A stretch of DNA of 64,000 bases from positions 1-64,000 of the forward strand of contig JBDRFG010000025.1 of assembly GCA_043819135.1 (NCBI GenBank), in the 5' to 3' direction. Below, one piece after another: positions 19,180-28,430 of the stretch; positions within the stretch are counted from its first letter, which is position 1, and every line of letters starts with the position of its first letter. The notes beneath the pieces were generated by a model. That model saw only the letters and a program-made list of their open reading frames with translations. It was not told where the DNA came from and made no database searches. Source of the stretch: Candidatus Eiseniibacteriota bacterium. Lineage in GTDB: Bacteria > Joyebacterota > Joyebacteria > Joyebacterales > Joyebacteraceae. Position numbers and translations under genes: made by a program.

Positions 19180-20388
19180 ATGCGGGAAACGCTCGACCTG
19201 GAAACTGTCATGATCTTTCTTTGTGCGTTCGGCCTATCGTTGCTGGCGGTCCTGGCGCTCACCCCCGCGGTGAGGAGCCTGGCCAGGCGTCTGCGATTCC
19301 TGGACTACCCCAACAGGCACAAGGTCCACATCGATCCGACCCCGCTGATGGGCGGCGTCGCGGTTGCGCTCGCCAGCCTGGCATCGGCCGCGGCGGCTCT
19401 GGCGCTCATACGCTGTCCCTACAGCGCGCGCATCGTCGGATTCATGTCGGGCGGTCTCATGGTCGTGGTCCTCGGGCTTGCCGACGACGCGAACGGCATG
19501 CGTCCGCGGTCGAAGTTCGCGGGCCAGACGGCCGCCGCGGCCGTTATGCTCCTGTCGGGCGGCATCGACGGCATACCGCTGCCAGCTCCTATCGCTTTCG
19601 TTCTGGCTCTCTTCTGGATGGTCGGCCTGATGAACGCGTTCAACTTCCTCGACAACATGGACGGCATCACCGCGGGTCTGGCCACGATAGCCACCCTGGG
19701 CATCTTCGTTCTCGCCATGGGACACGGCCACGTCAACATCGCCATCGCCGCCATAGCGGTTGCGGGCGGGGCGCTGGGATTCCTGTGGTACAACTTCTCT
19801 CCGGCTTCCATATTCCTGGGCGACGCGGGGAGCCTGTTCCTGGGCTACGTGGTGGGTGGCCTGTCCCTGCGGGCGGTGGCCTATGCCGAAGGTGGCGCGA
19901 GCGCGTTGCTGGTGCCCGTGCTCATGCTGGGCTATCCGATCTTCGACGCGCTTCTGGTCACGGCGTCGCGATACTCCGATGGGCGCGATCTTGCCCAGGG
20001 AGGCTGCGATCACAGCTCGCACAGGATCGCCAGCCTGGGCCTGAGCTCCAAGCAGACCGCGACGGTCATCTACCTGATATCCGGACTTCTGACAGTGGTG
20101 GCTGTCTACATCTCGCTGTTCCAGAGCGGCCACCCGCTTCTCATGGCGCTCGTCGCCGTTGCAGCGGCGAGCGGAATGGCCCTGTTGGGTATCAGACTCT
20201 TCCGTGTTCCGGTCGCCACGGCGGCCGCGGACGCGCCGGCCACGCTGGCCCGCTCAGGCACGGTCCTCTGCGAGCCACAGGAGGACGATCTCCTCGTTCT
20301 CAATCTGCCGCGGAGCACGCAGGCCGAGGCTCCATCCGAGCCCGTTCCCGCGAGCAGTCACTCTCGTGAAACAATAGAGACGCGCTAG
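19180..20388 (+). CDS. wecA: Undecaprenyl-phosphate GlcNAc-1-phosphate transferase (WecA/TagO, MraY family)
   Basis: 'DYPNRHKVHIDPTPLMGG', 'GLADD', 'NAFNFLDNMDG', 'IFLGDAGS', 'DHSSHR'. Confidence 0.85.
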   Translation: MRETLDLETVMIFLCAFGLSLLAVLALTPAVRSLARRLRFLDYPNRHKVHIDPTPLMGGVAVALASLASAAAALALIRCPYSARIVGFMSGGLMVVVLGLADDANGMRPRSKFAGQTAAAAVMLLSGGIDGIPLPAPIAFVLALFWMVGLMNAFNFLDNMDGITAGLATIATLGIFVLAMGHGHVNIAIAAIAVAGGALGFLWYNFSPASIFLGDAGSLFLGYVVGGLSLRAVAYAEGGASALLVPVLMLGYPIFDALLVTASRYSDGRDLAQGGCDHSSHRIASLGLSSKQTATVIYLISGLLTVVAVYISLFQSGHPLLMALVAVAAASGMALLGIRLFRVPVATAAADAPATLARSGTVLCEPQEDDLLVLNLPRSTQAEAPSEPVPASSHSRETIETR

Positions 20389-20425
20389 CAGCGCCTACAC
20401 CCGGAGTCAACCGGCGGACAGGATT

Positions 20426-21697
20426 ATGCTGGATCTGAGATTCGTAAGGGCGAACCACGATATCGTGCGGAAGGCCATCGCCGACAAAGGCGAGAGGGTC
20501 GAACTCGACCGTCTGCTCGAGCTGGACGGCGCGGCGCGGCAGCTCATAGTCGAATCGGACGAACTCAAGCGCCGGAGAAACGTCGAGAGCGAGCGCATTG
20601 CCGCGCTGAAGAAGGCGGGGGAGGACGCGTCCGAGCCGATCGCGCGCATGCGCGAGGTCTCGGCGAGCATCAAGGACTACGACGAGAAGCTCACTGCCAT
20701 GCGAGAAGGTATTGAGGCTCTCGCGCTCATGATCCCGAACGTCCCTCATGAGTCCGTGCCCGTGGGGGCGGACGAAGACGAGAACGTCCTCGTCCGGGAA
20801 TGGGGCGAGCCTCACTCCCTGTCCGACAAGCCCGTTCCGCACTGGGAGATAGGCGAGGATCTCGGCATCCTGAACTTCAAGGCCTCGGTCAAGCTCGCCG
20901 GGTCGAACTTTCCGGTCTTCGTGGGCGCGGGAGCGCGCCTCGAGCGCGCGCTGATCCAGTTCATGCTGGACGTCCACACGAGCGAGCACGGCTACACGGA
21001 GGTGTCGCCGCCCATTCTCGCCAATCGTCTGGCCGTGCAGGGAACGGGGCAGCTGCCGAAGCTCGAGTCGGACATGTACCGCATAGAAGAGGACGACCTC
21101 TTCCTGATCTCGACCGGCGAGGTTCCGCTGACCAACCTCCACCGCGAGGAGATCCTCCCGGAGGAAAGTCTCCCCATCTGCTACACGACCTACACGCCGT
21201 GCTTCCGGCGCGAGGCGGGGTCCTACGGGCGCGACACTCGCGGACTCGTGCGCGTGCACCAGTTCGACAAGGTCGAGATGATGAAGTACGTTGAGCCGTC
21301 GACTTCCTACGACGAACTCGAGATCCTGACGACGAACGCCGAGACCATTCTCCAGCGTCTCGGTCTTGCGTATCGCCTGAAGAACCTGTGCACGGGCGAC
21401 CTCTCGTTCGCGGCGGCCAAGTGCTACGATATCGACATCTGGTCCGCGGGCGTGGGGAAGTGGCTGGAGGTCAGCTCCTGCAGCAACTTCGAGGATTTCC
21501 AGGCCCGGCGGGCGGGCATCCAGTACAGGCCGACCGATGGAGGCAGACCCAGGTTCGTGCACACGCTGAACGGTTCGGGCGTGGCGCTGCCCCGGGCGGT
21601 CGTGGCGATTCTCGAGAACTACCAGACGCCGGACGGGAAGATCGTGATCCCGGAGGTACTCAGGCCCTACATGGGTGGCCGGGAGGAGATCTCCTGA
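20426..21697 (+). CDS. serS: Serine--tRNA ligase
   Basis: N-terminal coiled coil, 'TGEVPL', 'FRREAG', 'EVSSCSN', 'HTLNGSGVA'. Confidence 0.97.
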   Translation: MLDLRFVRANHDIVRKAIADKGERVELDRLLELDGAARQLIVESDELKRRRNVESERIAALKKAGEDASEPIARMREVSASIKDYDEKLTAMREGIEALALMIPNVPHESVPVGADEDENVLVREWGEPHSLSDKPVPHWEIGEDLGILNFKASVKLAGSNFPVFVGAGARLERALIQFMLDVHTSEHGYTEVSPPILANRLAVQGTGQLPKLESDMYRIEEDDLFLISTGEVPLTNLHREEILPEESLPICYTTYTPCFRREAGSYGRDTRGLVRVHQFDKVEMMKYVEPSTSYDELEILTTNAETILQRLGLAYRLKNLCTGDLSFAAAKCYDIDIWSAGVGKWLEVSSCSNFEDFQARRAGIQYRPTDGGRPRFVHTLNGSGVALPRAVVAILENYQTPDGKIVIPEVLRPYMGGREEIS

Positions 21698-21725
21698 GCC
21701 GCGACCGGCTTCCGGGGACACCCCG

Positions 21726-22904
21726 ATGAAGATCGCTTTCCTGACGACCCACGACCCGCGGGACAAGCTATCCTGGTCTGGAACCATCTACTACATGTCC
21801 AGGGCACTGGAGCGTCATTGCGGTGACGTGACGAACCTCGGGCCCGTGGTGCCCCCGCTGCGCAACGTGCTCCGCGTATACGGCCGGCTGCGCGGCAAGC
21901 TGGGTGGCCGGCGCTACCTCCACGACCGCACGATCGGGCTCGCGCGAGCCTGCTCGCGGGAGGTCTCCCGGAAGCTCGGAAGTGACTATTTCGACGCGAT
22001 CGTGGCCACGGCCTCCTCGACGGCCACCGCCTATCTGGAGACGGACATCCCCATCGTCCATGTCTCCGACACGACATTCGCGCTCATGGAGGACTACCAC
22101 CCCGGGTTCTCCGATCTCACGGAGGAGTCGCACCGCGAAGGGAACGAGATAGAGGCACGGGCCATTCTGTGCGCCAGCGTGCTGGCGTACCCGTCACGAT
22201 GGGCCGCCCGGTCCGCGGTCGACGACTACGGTGCCGACGAAGACCGCGTCCGGATCGTGGCCCTTGGCGCGAATCTCGACGTCGCTCCGGACGCCGATCG
22301 GGTCCTCCGTCAGAGAGAAACGGCCGATTGTACGCTGCTCTTCGTCGGAAGGAACTGGGAGCGGAAGGGTGGCGGCATCGCGCTCAAGGCAGCGATTCGC
22401 ATGAACGAGGCGGGTGTTGAGACGAGGCTCATCGTCTGTGGCTGCACGCCGCCCGACTCCGCCGCTCATCCTTGCATGAAGGTCGAGGGCTTCCTCGACA
22501 AGCGCGATGAGAGGCAGAGCGCGGAACTTGCGCGCCTCTACGGCAGCGCCGACTTCTTGCTGCTGCCGACCAGGAACGAGTGCTACGGCATGGTCTTCTG
22601 CGAGGCGAGCGCCTACGGACTGCCGGCCATCGCGACCGACACGGGCGGCGTCTCGGATGTCGTCGTGGATGGGAAGAACGGCTACACGTTGCCGATGGAA
22701 GCCGGCGGGGACGACTACGCGCGCGTGATTCTCGAGTTGTTTCGGGACCACGCGAGGTACACTAAGCTTCGGCACGCGAGCAGACACGAATTCGATGAGA
22801 GGCTCAACTGGGACTCGTGGGGCAGGCAAATGCGCTCGATCGTCGAGAGCCTGACGCCCTCGCGGGGCAATCTTGACAAGCCCCGACCCTGTGCTAGACT
22901 CTGA
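21726..22904 (+). CDS. GT4 family glycosyltransferase
   Basis: 'SWSGT', 'FVGRNWERKGG', 'ECYGMVFCEASAYGLP' (EX7E). Confidence 0.9.
   Translation: MKIAFLTTHDPRDKLSWSGTIYYMSRALERHCGDVTNLGPVVPPLRNVLRVYGRLRGKLGGRRYLHDRTIGLARACSREVSRKLGSDYFDAIVATASSTATAYLETDIPIVHVSDTTFALMEDYHPGFSDLTEESHREGNEIEARAILCASVLAYPSRWAARSAVDDYGADEDRVRIVALGANLDVAPDADRVLRQRETADCTLLFVGRNWERKGGGIALKAAIRMNEAGVETRLIVCGCTPPDSAAHPCMKVEGFLDKRDERQSAELARLYGSADFLLLPTRNECYGMVFCEASAYGLPAIATDTGGVSDVVVDGKNGYTLPMEAGGDDYARVILELFRDHARYTKLRHASRHEFDERLNWDSWGRQMRSIVESLTPSRGNLDKPRPCARL
22873..22900 (+). promoter_or_regulatory. Sigma70-type promoter (TTGACA-N16-TAGACT, extended TGn)
   Basis: Lies within the 3' end of the GT4 gene, about 50 nt before the kinase ATG. 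Confidence 0.6.
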
Positions 22905-22950
22905 CTGAAACTTAGAGTCTTCGACTCGTGCGGATACGGGGAGGCGCCAC

Positions 22951-24228
22951 ATGCCGCTTCGCTTGGGCAGGCTCCAGGACACCGAGCGTCCCGTCGTCTA
23001 CAGGACCCGGGCCTACGTCTTCGTCGCCGCCTCGGTGCTGGCCATACTGATCTTCCTCTACACGAACAGCCTCGTCCGTCGACTGGAGGTGCAGTCGGCG
23101 ACGCTGTCGCGCTCAATAGCCGGGTTATGCGCCACCGCCACGTACGAGGCGCGCCAGAACGAACCCCTCCGGGTCATCTTTTCCGAGATGATCGAGGCCA
23201 TAAACTTCCCGATCGTGATATCCGACGTCAGGGGCATCCCCATCACGTGGAAGGGCGTCCCGGTCGACGTGACCCCCGACGACATCAGCCACGAGGACTA
23301 CATCAGTGCCGACCCGCTCGACATCGAGGGCTCTCCCTTCGAGGAGATAATCGCGTTCTCTGCAGGGCTCGACAGGAAACACGACCCCATCCCGATGACC
23401 CACATCGGAGACGCCACGGTCCTTGGCTACATCCACTACGGCGAATCCAGCATGATTCGCGAGATGCGCTATGTGCCGGCCCTCGAACTCCTGGCGTTCG
23501 GCGTGCTGGTGTTCCTCGGGTACCTGGGTTTTCGCAACGCGAAGCTGGCGGAGATGAGGTCGATCTGGGTCGGGCTTGCCAAAGAGACGGCCCACCAGCT
23601 CGGCACGCCCATATCGTCGCTCATGGGGTGGGTGGAACTCATCAGGGAATCGGCGCGAGGCGGCTGTCCGGCCGACGAGATGGCCGACATGACCGACGAG
23701 ATGCAGAGAGATCTCGACAGACTCACGAAGATCTCGCTCCGTTTCAATCAGATCGGTTCCATTCCCAAGACGAAGCGCCAGGATCTCGTCGTGGTTCTGA
23801 GGGACTCTGCGGACTACCTGCGCCGCCGACTCCAGGCGCTCAAGAGGGACGTTACGATCGTCGAGGACTACGGCCCCGCGCCACTGATTGAGATTAACCG
23901 CGAGCTCATGGAGTGGGTCGTGGAGAACCTGGTGAAGAACTCGATAGAGGCGCTGCCGGACAGAGGAGGTAAGATAGAGATATCGACCGAGCACCTGCCG
24001 AGGGACGGCGCGATACGGATCCGCTTCACCGACAACGGGAAGGGGCTCTCGCCCGCCGAGCGCAGACGCATATTCACCCCGGGCTACTCGACGAAGCGGA
24101 AGGGTTGGGGGCTGGGACTGGCGCTGGCCCGGAGGATAGTGGAGGAGTACCACAACGGGAAGCTGTACGTGAGCTGGTCGGAGGTCGGGCAGGGTACGAC
24201 ATTCGTGATCACGCTTCCCACCAACTGA
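22951..24228 (+). CDS. Membrane sensor histidine kinase
   Basis: Two TMs; H-box 'KETAHQLGTP', N-box 'NLVKNS', 'DNGKG', 'GWGLGL'. Confidence 0.92.
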   Translation: MPLRLGRLQDTERPVVYRTRAYVFVAASVLAILIFLYTNSLVRRLEVQSATLSRSIAGLCATATYEARQNEPLRVIFSEMIEAINFPIVISDVRGIPITWKGVPVDVTPDDISHEDYISADPLDIEGSPFEEIIAFSAGLDRKHDPIPMTHIGDATVLGYIHYGESSMIREMRYVPALELLAFGVLVFLGYLGFRNAKLAEMRSIWVGLAKETAHQLGTPISSLMGWVELIRESARGGCPADEMADMTDEMQRDLDRLTKISLRFNQIGSIPKTKRQDLVVVLRDSADYLRRRLQALKRDVTIVEDYGPAPLIEINRELMEWVVENLVKNSIEALPDRGGKIEISTEHLPRDGAIRIRFTDNGKGLSPAERRRIFTPGYSTKRKGWGLGLALARRIVEEYHNGKLYVSWSEVGQGTTFVITLPTN

Positions 24229-24297
24229 GAAGCCAGGCCGCGGCGCTCAGGGGGACGCACCCCCGGCCGCGGACCATTTGGAGAGGCGGCGGCGTAG

Positions 24298-25863
24298 ATG
24301 GACGTCACAGCACGGAGGATCCTCTGGGTCGACGATGAGATCGAGATGCTCAAGCCCCACATCATTTTCCTCGAGCAGAAGGGCTTTGACATAACCACCG
24401 CCCCCGGCGGGAAAGAGGCCCTGAGCACGCTCGAGGGGGGACGCTACGACCTGGTTCTGCTGGACGAGATGATGGTCGGTATCGACGGTCTGGAGACTCT
24501 CGGGCGCATCAAGGAACTCGACCCGTCCATTCCCGTCGTGATGGTGACGAAGAGCGAGGAGGAGGAGCTGATGAACGATGCGCTCGGACGGCGCATAGAC
24601 GACTTCCTCATCAAGCCGGTCAAGCCGACGCAGGTCTTCCTCGCGATCAAGCGCATCCTCGACGGAAGGCGGATCCAGCAGGATCAGCTCGCACAGTCGT
24701 ACGCGGCGGAGTTCAACGAGATCCGCAGTCGGCTCATGGACCCGATGACCTGGGAGGACTGGATCCGGGTCTACAACAGGCTGGTCAACTGGGACCTGGA
24801 GCTCGACCGGTTCCGCGACGCGGGCCTGAGGCAGACGCACTCCGACCTGGAGCAATCCGCCAACGCCGAGTTTGCGCGCTACATAACCGAAGTCTACCGC
24901 GACTGGGTGCACGACGTGCCAGGCCGTCCCGTCCTGTCGGTGGACATATTCAAGCGTTTCGTCGCGCCTCACCTCAAGGCAAAGACGAAGACCTACTTCG
25001 TCGTGCTCGACTGCATGCGCCTGGACCACTGGTTGAGCCTGGTGCCGAGTCTCGAACCGTTCTTTGACATCGAGACCACCAGCTATTTCTCGATCCTCCC
25101 CACAGCGACGCCCTACTCCAGGAACTCGCTCTTCAGTGGGCTCTGGCCGATCGAGTTCACCGAGCAGTTTCCCGAGCTGTGGACGCCGCCGTCTCGAGAC
25201 GAGTTCAGCAAGAACCGGTTCGAGCGACAGATGATGGACAGGCAGCTCGACAACATGGGCATACGGCTCGCGCGCGACCACAGGTACATGAAGATCTACG
25301 AGAAGGACGAGGCCGACAACGTCAGGCGTCAGATGTCGACGTTCCACGACCTGCCGTTCGTGTCGATAGTCTACAATTTCGTCGACATACTCTCGCACTC
25401 GCGGTCGGAGTCAGAGATCCTGCAGGAGATCGCGCCCGACGAGCCGGCCTTCCGTTCACTGGTTCGCTCGTGGTTCAACCACTCCGCTCTCTACCACATC
25501 ATGCGGGAGATGGCGCGGCAGGGAGCGACCGTCGTCGTGACGACCGACCACGGCGCGATGCTCGGAAGGCGCGCCGCGCTCATCAGGGGCAACCGCGACA
25601 CGTCCACCAACCTCAGATACAAGTTCGGCAGCAACCTCGGGTGCGACGAACGGGAGACCTTCCTCATAAAGAACCCGTCCGACTTCAAGCTCCCGAGCGA
25701 CGGCGTGAGCAAGCAGTACGCCATCGCGAAGGAAGACTACTACTTCGTGTACCCGACCGAGTTCCACAAGTACGAGCGTCAGTATCGGGGCAGCTTCCAG
25801 CACGGGGGCATCTCGCTCGAGGAGATGATCCTCCCCTGTGCCACCATGGTTCCCAAGCGGTAG
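24298..25863 (+). CDS. porX: Response regulator with PglZ/alkaline-phosphatase domain (PorX-like)
   Basis: Receiver 'ILWVDDEIEMLKPH', 'LLDEMM'; PglZ motifs 'SILPTATPYSRN', 'NFVDILSH', 'TTDHG', 'FQHGGISLEEM'; followed by tsaE. Confidence 0.85.
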   Translation: MDVTARRILWVDDEIEMLKPHIIFLEQKGFDITTAPGGKEALSTLEGGRYDLVLLDEMMVGIDGLETLGRIKELDPSIPVVMVTKSEEEELMNDALGRRIDDFLIKPVKPTQVFLAIKRILDGRRIQQDQLAQSYAAEFNEIRSRLMDPMTWEDWIRVYNRLVNWDLELDRFRDAGLRQTHSDLEQSANAEFARYITEVYRDWVHDVPGRPVLSVDIFKRFVAPHLKAKTKTYFVVLDCMRLDHWLSLVPSLEPFFDIETTSYFSILPTATPYSRNSLFSGLWPIEFTEQFPELWTPPSRDEFSKNRFERQMMDRQLDNMGIRLARDHRYMKIYEKDEADNVRRQMSTFHDLPFVSIVYNFVDILSHSRSESEILQEIAPDEPAFRSLVRSWFNHSALYHIMREMARQGATVVVTTDHGAMLGRRAALIRGNRDTSTNLRYKFGSNLGCDERETFLIKNPSDFKLPSDGVSKQYAIAKEDYYFVYPTEFHKYERQYRGSFQHGGISLEEMILPCATMVPKR

Positions 25864-25876
25864 AGAAGGTTCCACT

Positions 25877-26368
25877 GTGAACGCCATCCTCCGATTCCGG
25901 ACAGCGTCGCCGGATGAGACAAGACGATTCGGGCGCGCGCTGGGGGGCGCGCTCGCGCCCGGTGGCTTCGTTGGCTTCGAGGGGCAGCTCGGGAGCGGCA
26001 AGACAGTAGCTATTCAGGGCGCCGCCGAGGGTCTGGGCTACGACGGCTACGTGACCAGCCCGACCTTCGTGATAGTGAACGAGTACGAGGGACGCGTGTC
26101 GATACTGCACGTCGACCTTTACCGTATCGTCGACGCCAGAGAGCTCGATGACATCGGCTACCGGGAGATATTCTTCGGCGACGGCGTGGCCCTGGTAGAG
26201 TGGGCGGACCGGGCGCCCGATCTGCTTCCTCAAGACCGCCTGAGTGTCCGCATCGACATCGAGGGGCCCGACGAGCGCGCGTTCACGGTGAACGCATTCG
26301 GCGAGGGCGGGGCGGAGCTCCTGGCGAGACTGATGAAGTTGTGGAAGGGGAGCGAGAACCGATGCTGA
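25877..26368 (+). CDS. tsaE: t6A biosynthesis ATPase TsaE
   Basis: 'GQLGSGKT', 'VTSPTF', 'HVDLYR', 'VEWAD'. Confidence 0.93.
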   Translation: MNAILRFRTASPDETRRFGRALGGALAPGGFVGFEGQLGSGKTVAIQGAAEGLGYDGYVTSPTFVIVNEYEGRVSILHVDLYRIVDARELDDIGYREIFFGDGVALVEWADRAPDLLPQDRLSVRIDIEGPDERAFTVNAFGEGGAELLARLMKLWKGSENRC

Positions 26369-27030
26369 TCCTGACGATAGAGACGTCGACGCCGATGGAG
26401 CGGGTGGCGGTCGTAAGGGACCTTTCTGTTCTGTCGGAGCTTGCGGAGACCGTGGGCCGCGGCCACACCGAGAAGCTCCTGAGCGCGGTCGAATCGGTCC
26501 TGACGCGATCGTCCGTGCGTTTGCGTGACCTCGATGCTGTCGGCGTGTCGATAGGCCCCGGGAGATTCAGCGGCCTCCGCGTGGGGCTCGCGACCGCGAA
26601 GGGCCTGGCGGCCGCCTCGGGTCTGCCCGTGGCGCCCGTCGAGACCCTCGCCGCGCTGGCCGAGAGCGCGAGACCGCACGCCGGTCTCGTTTGCCCGATG
26701 CTGGATGCGAGGAGAGGAGAGGTCTACGCCGCGCTCTTCCGCTTGGGCGAAGGGCGGCAGCGGGTGCTGCCCGATGCGGCGGTCGCGCCCGCGGCGATGC
26801 TCGAGAGCGTGAGGGCGGCTGCCGCGGGAGAGACCGTGTTGTTCCTCGGCAGCGGTGCCTCGGTCTCTCACAATGAGATCTCCTCCCTGTTCAGGGAGTC
26901 GGCCCGCTTCCCGGCCGACGAGGTGGCGGCCCCCGCGCCCGTCGCGATGGCCGCGATCATCGCTGAACGCCGGTTGCCGGACCAGGCTGAGGCGGCGACG
27001 CTCGAGCCGGTCTATCTCAGAGGGATCTAG
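26362..27030 (+). CDS. tsaB: t6A biosynthesis protein TsaB
   Basis: 'LTIETST', 'GPGRFSGLRVG', 'DARRGEVY', 'LEPVYLR'. Confidence 0.92.
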   Translation: MLILTIETSTPMERVAVVRDLSVLSELAETVGRGHTEKLLSAVESVLTRSSVRLRDLDAVGVSIGPGRFSGLRVGLATAKGLAAASGLPVAPVETLAALAESARPHAGLVCPMLDARRGEVYAALFRLGEGRQRVLPDAAVAPAAMLESVRAAAAGETVLFLGSGASVSHNEISSLFRESARFPADEVAAPAPVAMAAIIAERRLPDQAEAATLEPVYLRGI

Positions 27031-27056
27031 GTCGCCCTCAGTACGGAGCGGACCAA

Positions 27057-27530
27057 ATGGGCGAGACGCCCCTTCGCATCAGGTCCATGATGGCCCGGGA
27101 TATCCAACGCGTGTGTGAGATCGAGGAGGAGGTCTTCCCGATGCCGTGGTCGCGCGCCTCCTTCGAGGAAGAACTCGCTCCCGGCAAGTGCGCGTTTCCC
27201 TGGGTCGCCGAGAAGGACAGCGACGTAGTCGCATACATGATCTCGTGGCTCGTCGAGGACGAGCTGCACGTCGGCAACATAGCCGTCGCTCCGTCGCTGC
27301 AGGGGACCGGGATAGGCCGGGCCCTGTTCGCGCACTGCCTCGCACGCGCGTTGGAGCGCGGTGTGAGTCGGGCGACTCTCGAGGTGCGCGTCTCGAACAC
27401 CCGCGCTATCGCTCTCTACGAGAGCCACGGGTTCATACCCGTGGCCATGCGCATGGGTTACTACTCCGATTCGGGTGAGGATGCTGTCGTAATGCTCAAG
27501 ACGATTCCCAGGCAGGAGAAGCTGGATTGA
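27057..27530 (+). CDS. rimI: Ribosomal-protein-alanine N-acetyltransferase
   Basis: GNAT 'QGTGIG', 'LEVRVSNTRAIALYESHGF', 'YYSDSGEDA'; usual tsaB-rimI synteny. Confidence 0.9.
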   Translation: MGETPLRIRSMMARDIQRVCEIEEEVFPMPWSRASFEEELAPGKCAFPWVAEKDSDVVAYMISWLVEDELHVGNIAVAPSLQGTGIGRALFAHCLARALERGVSRATLEVRVSNTRAIALYESHGFIPVAMRMGYYSDSGEDAVVMLKTIPRQEKLD

Positions 27531-28336
27531 CGCCGCCGCGTGACAGGGCAGACGGCGCTTCCGCGGCCGCGCAGGCACTGACGGCACGCGGCCTCTCGCG
27601 ACCGGACGTGGCCGTCGTGCTGGGGTCCGGGCTCTCATCGTTCGTGGACGCGCTCGACGGCGCCCTCGTCGTGCCCTACTCGGAGATTCCCGGGTTCCCC
27701 CGCACGGCAGTCATCGGCCACCGAGGTGCGGCCGTCGGCTGCACGCTGGGGGGGAAGCGAGCGCTGGTGCTCGCCGGGAGGGTTCACCACTACGAGGGGC
27801 TGGCTCCGACGGACGTAACGTTCGGGGTCCGCCTGGCTGCCGAGCTCGGGGCCGGTACGCTCGTTGTCACCAACGCGTCCGGCGGTATAGACCCCGGCTT
27901 CGAGGTCGGGGACCTCATGCTCATCAGCGACCAGATATCCGCCGTGGGCGGCCCCCGCAGGTTGCCTCCCGGCACCTTCAGGATGGCCTGCGCCTACTCG
28001 GCTCGCCTGAGAGACATGGCCAGGTCGGCAGCAGCAGCCGCGAAAATCCGGCTTCGCGAGGGCGTGTATCTGGGCTCGCTCGGCCCGACATACGAGACGC
28101 CCGCGGAGATACGCATGGCCAGGCTGATGGGCGCCTCCGCGGTGGGCATGTCGACCGTATCGGAGGTTCAGGCCGCCCACCGTAGAGGGTTGGAAGTGCT
28201 GGGGATCGCCCTGATAACGAACGTTCCGCTGCCCGGGCGGTCCCACGAGACCACTCACGAGGAGGTTCTGGAGGCCGGCAGGCTCGGGGCCGGGGCGCTC
28301 GTTTCCCTCGTGACGGGTACCCTCGAGAGGCTATAA
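27527..28336 (+). CDS. punA: Purine-nucleoside phosphorylase (PNP I family)
   Basis: 'VLGSGL', 'GRVHHYEG', 'TNASGG', 'GPTYETPAE', 'VGMSTV', 'HEEVL'. Confidence 0.9.
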   Translation: MTPPRDRADGASAAAQALTARGLSRPDVAVVLGSGLSSFVDALDGALVVPYSEIPGFPRTAVIGHRGAAVGCTLGGKRALVLAGRVHHYEGLAPTDVTFGVRLAAELGAGTLVVTNASGGIDPGFEVGDLMLISDQISAVGGPRRLPPGTFRMACAYSARLRDMARSAAAAAKIRLREGVYLGSLGPTYETPAEIRMARLMGASAVGMSTVSEVQAAHRRGLEVLGIALITNVPLPGRSHETTHEEVLEAGRLGAGALVSLVTGTLERL

Positions 28337-28430
28337 TGGTTCCGGCGACAAAGGCCGACAGGGCCGCAGTGCCGCCACGGGGTCACTCGGAGCGAACGAC
28401 ACTTCCGGGGCCGCAGAAGGAGCATTGAAC

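Noticed and set aside
24298..25863. BREX phage-defence system suggested by the PglZ domain
   Set aside because: The domain is fused to a receiver in PorX architecture, and no brxC, pglX or brxL genes are nearby.
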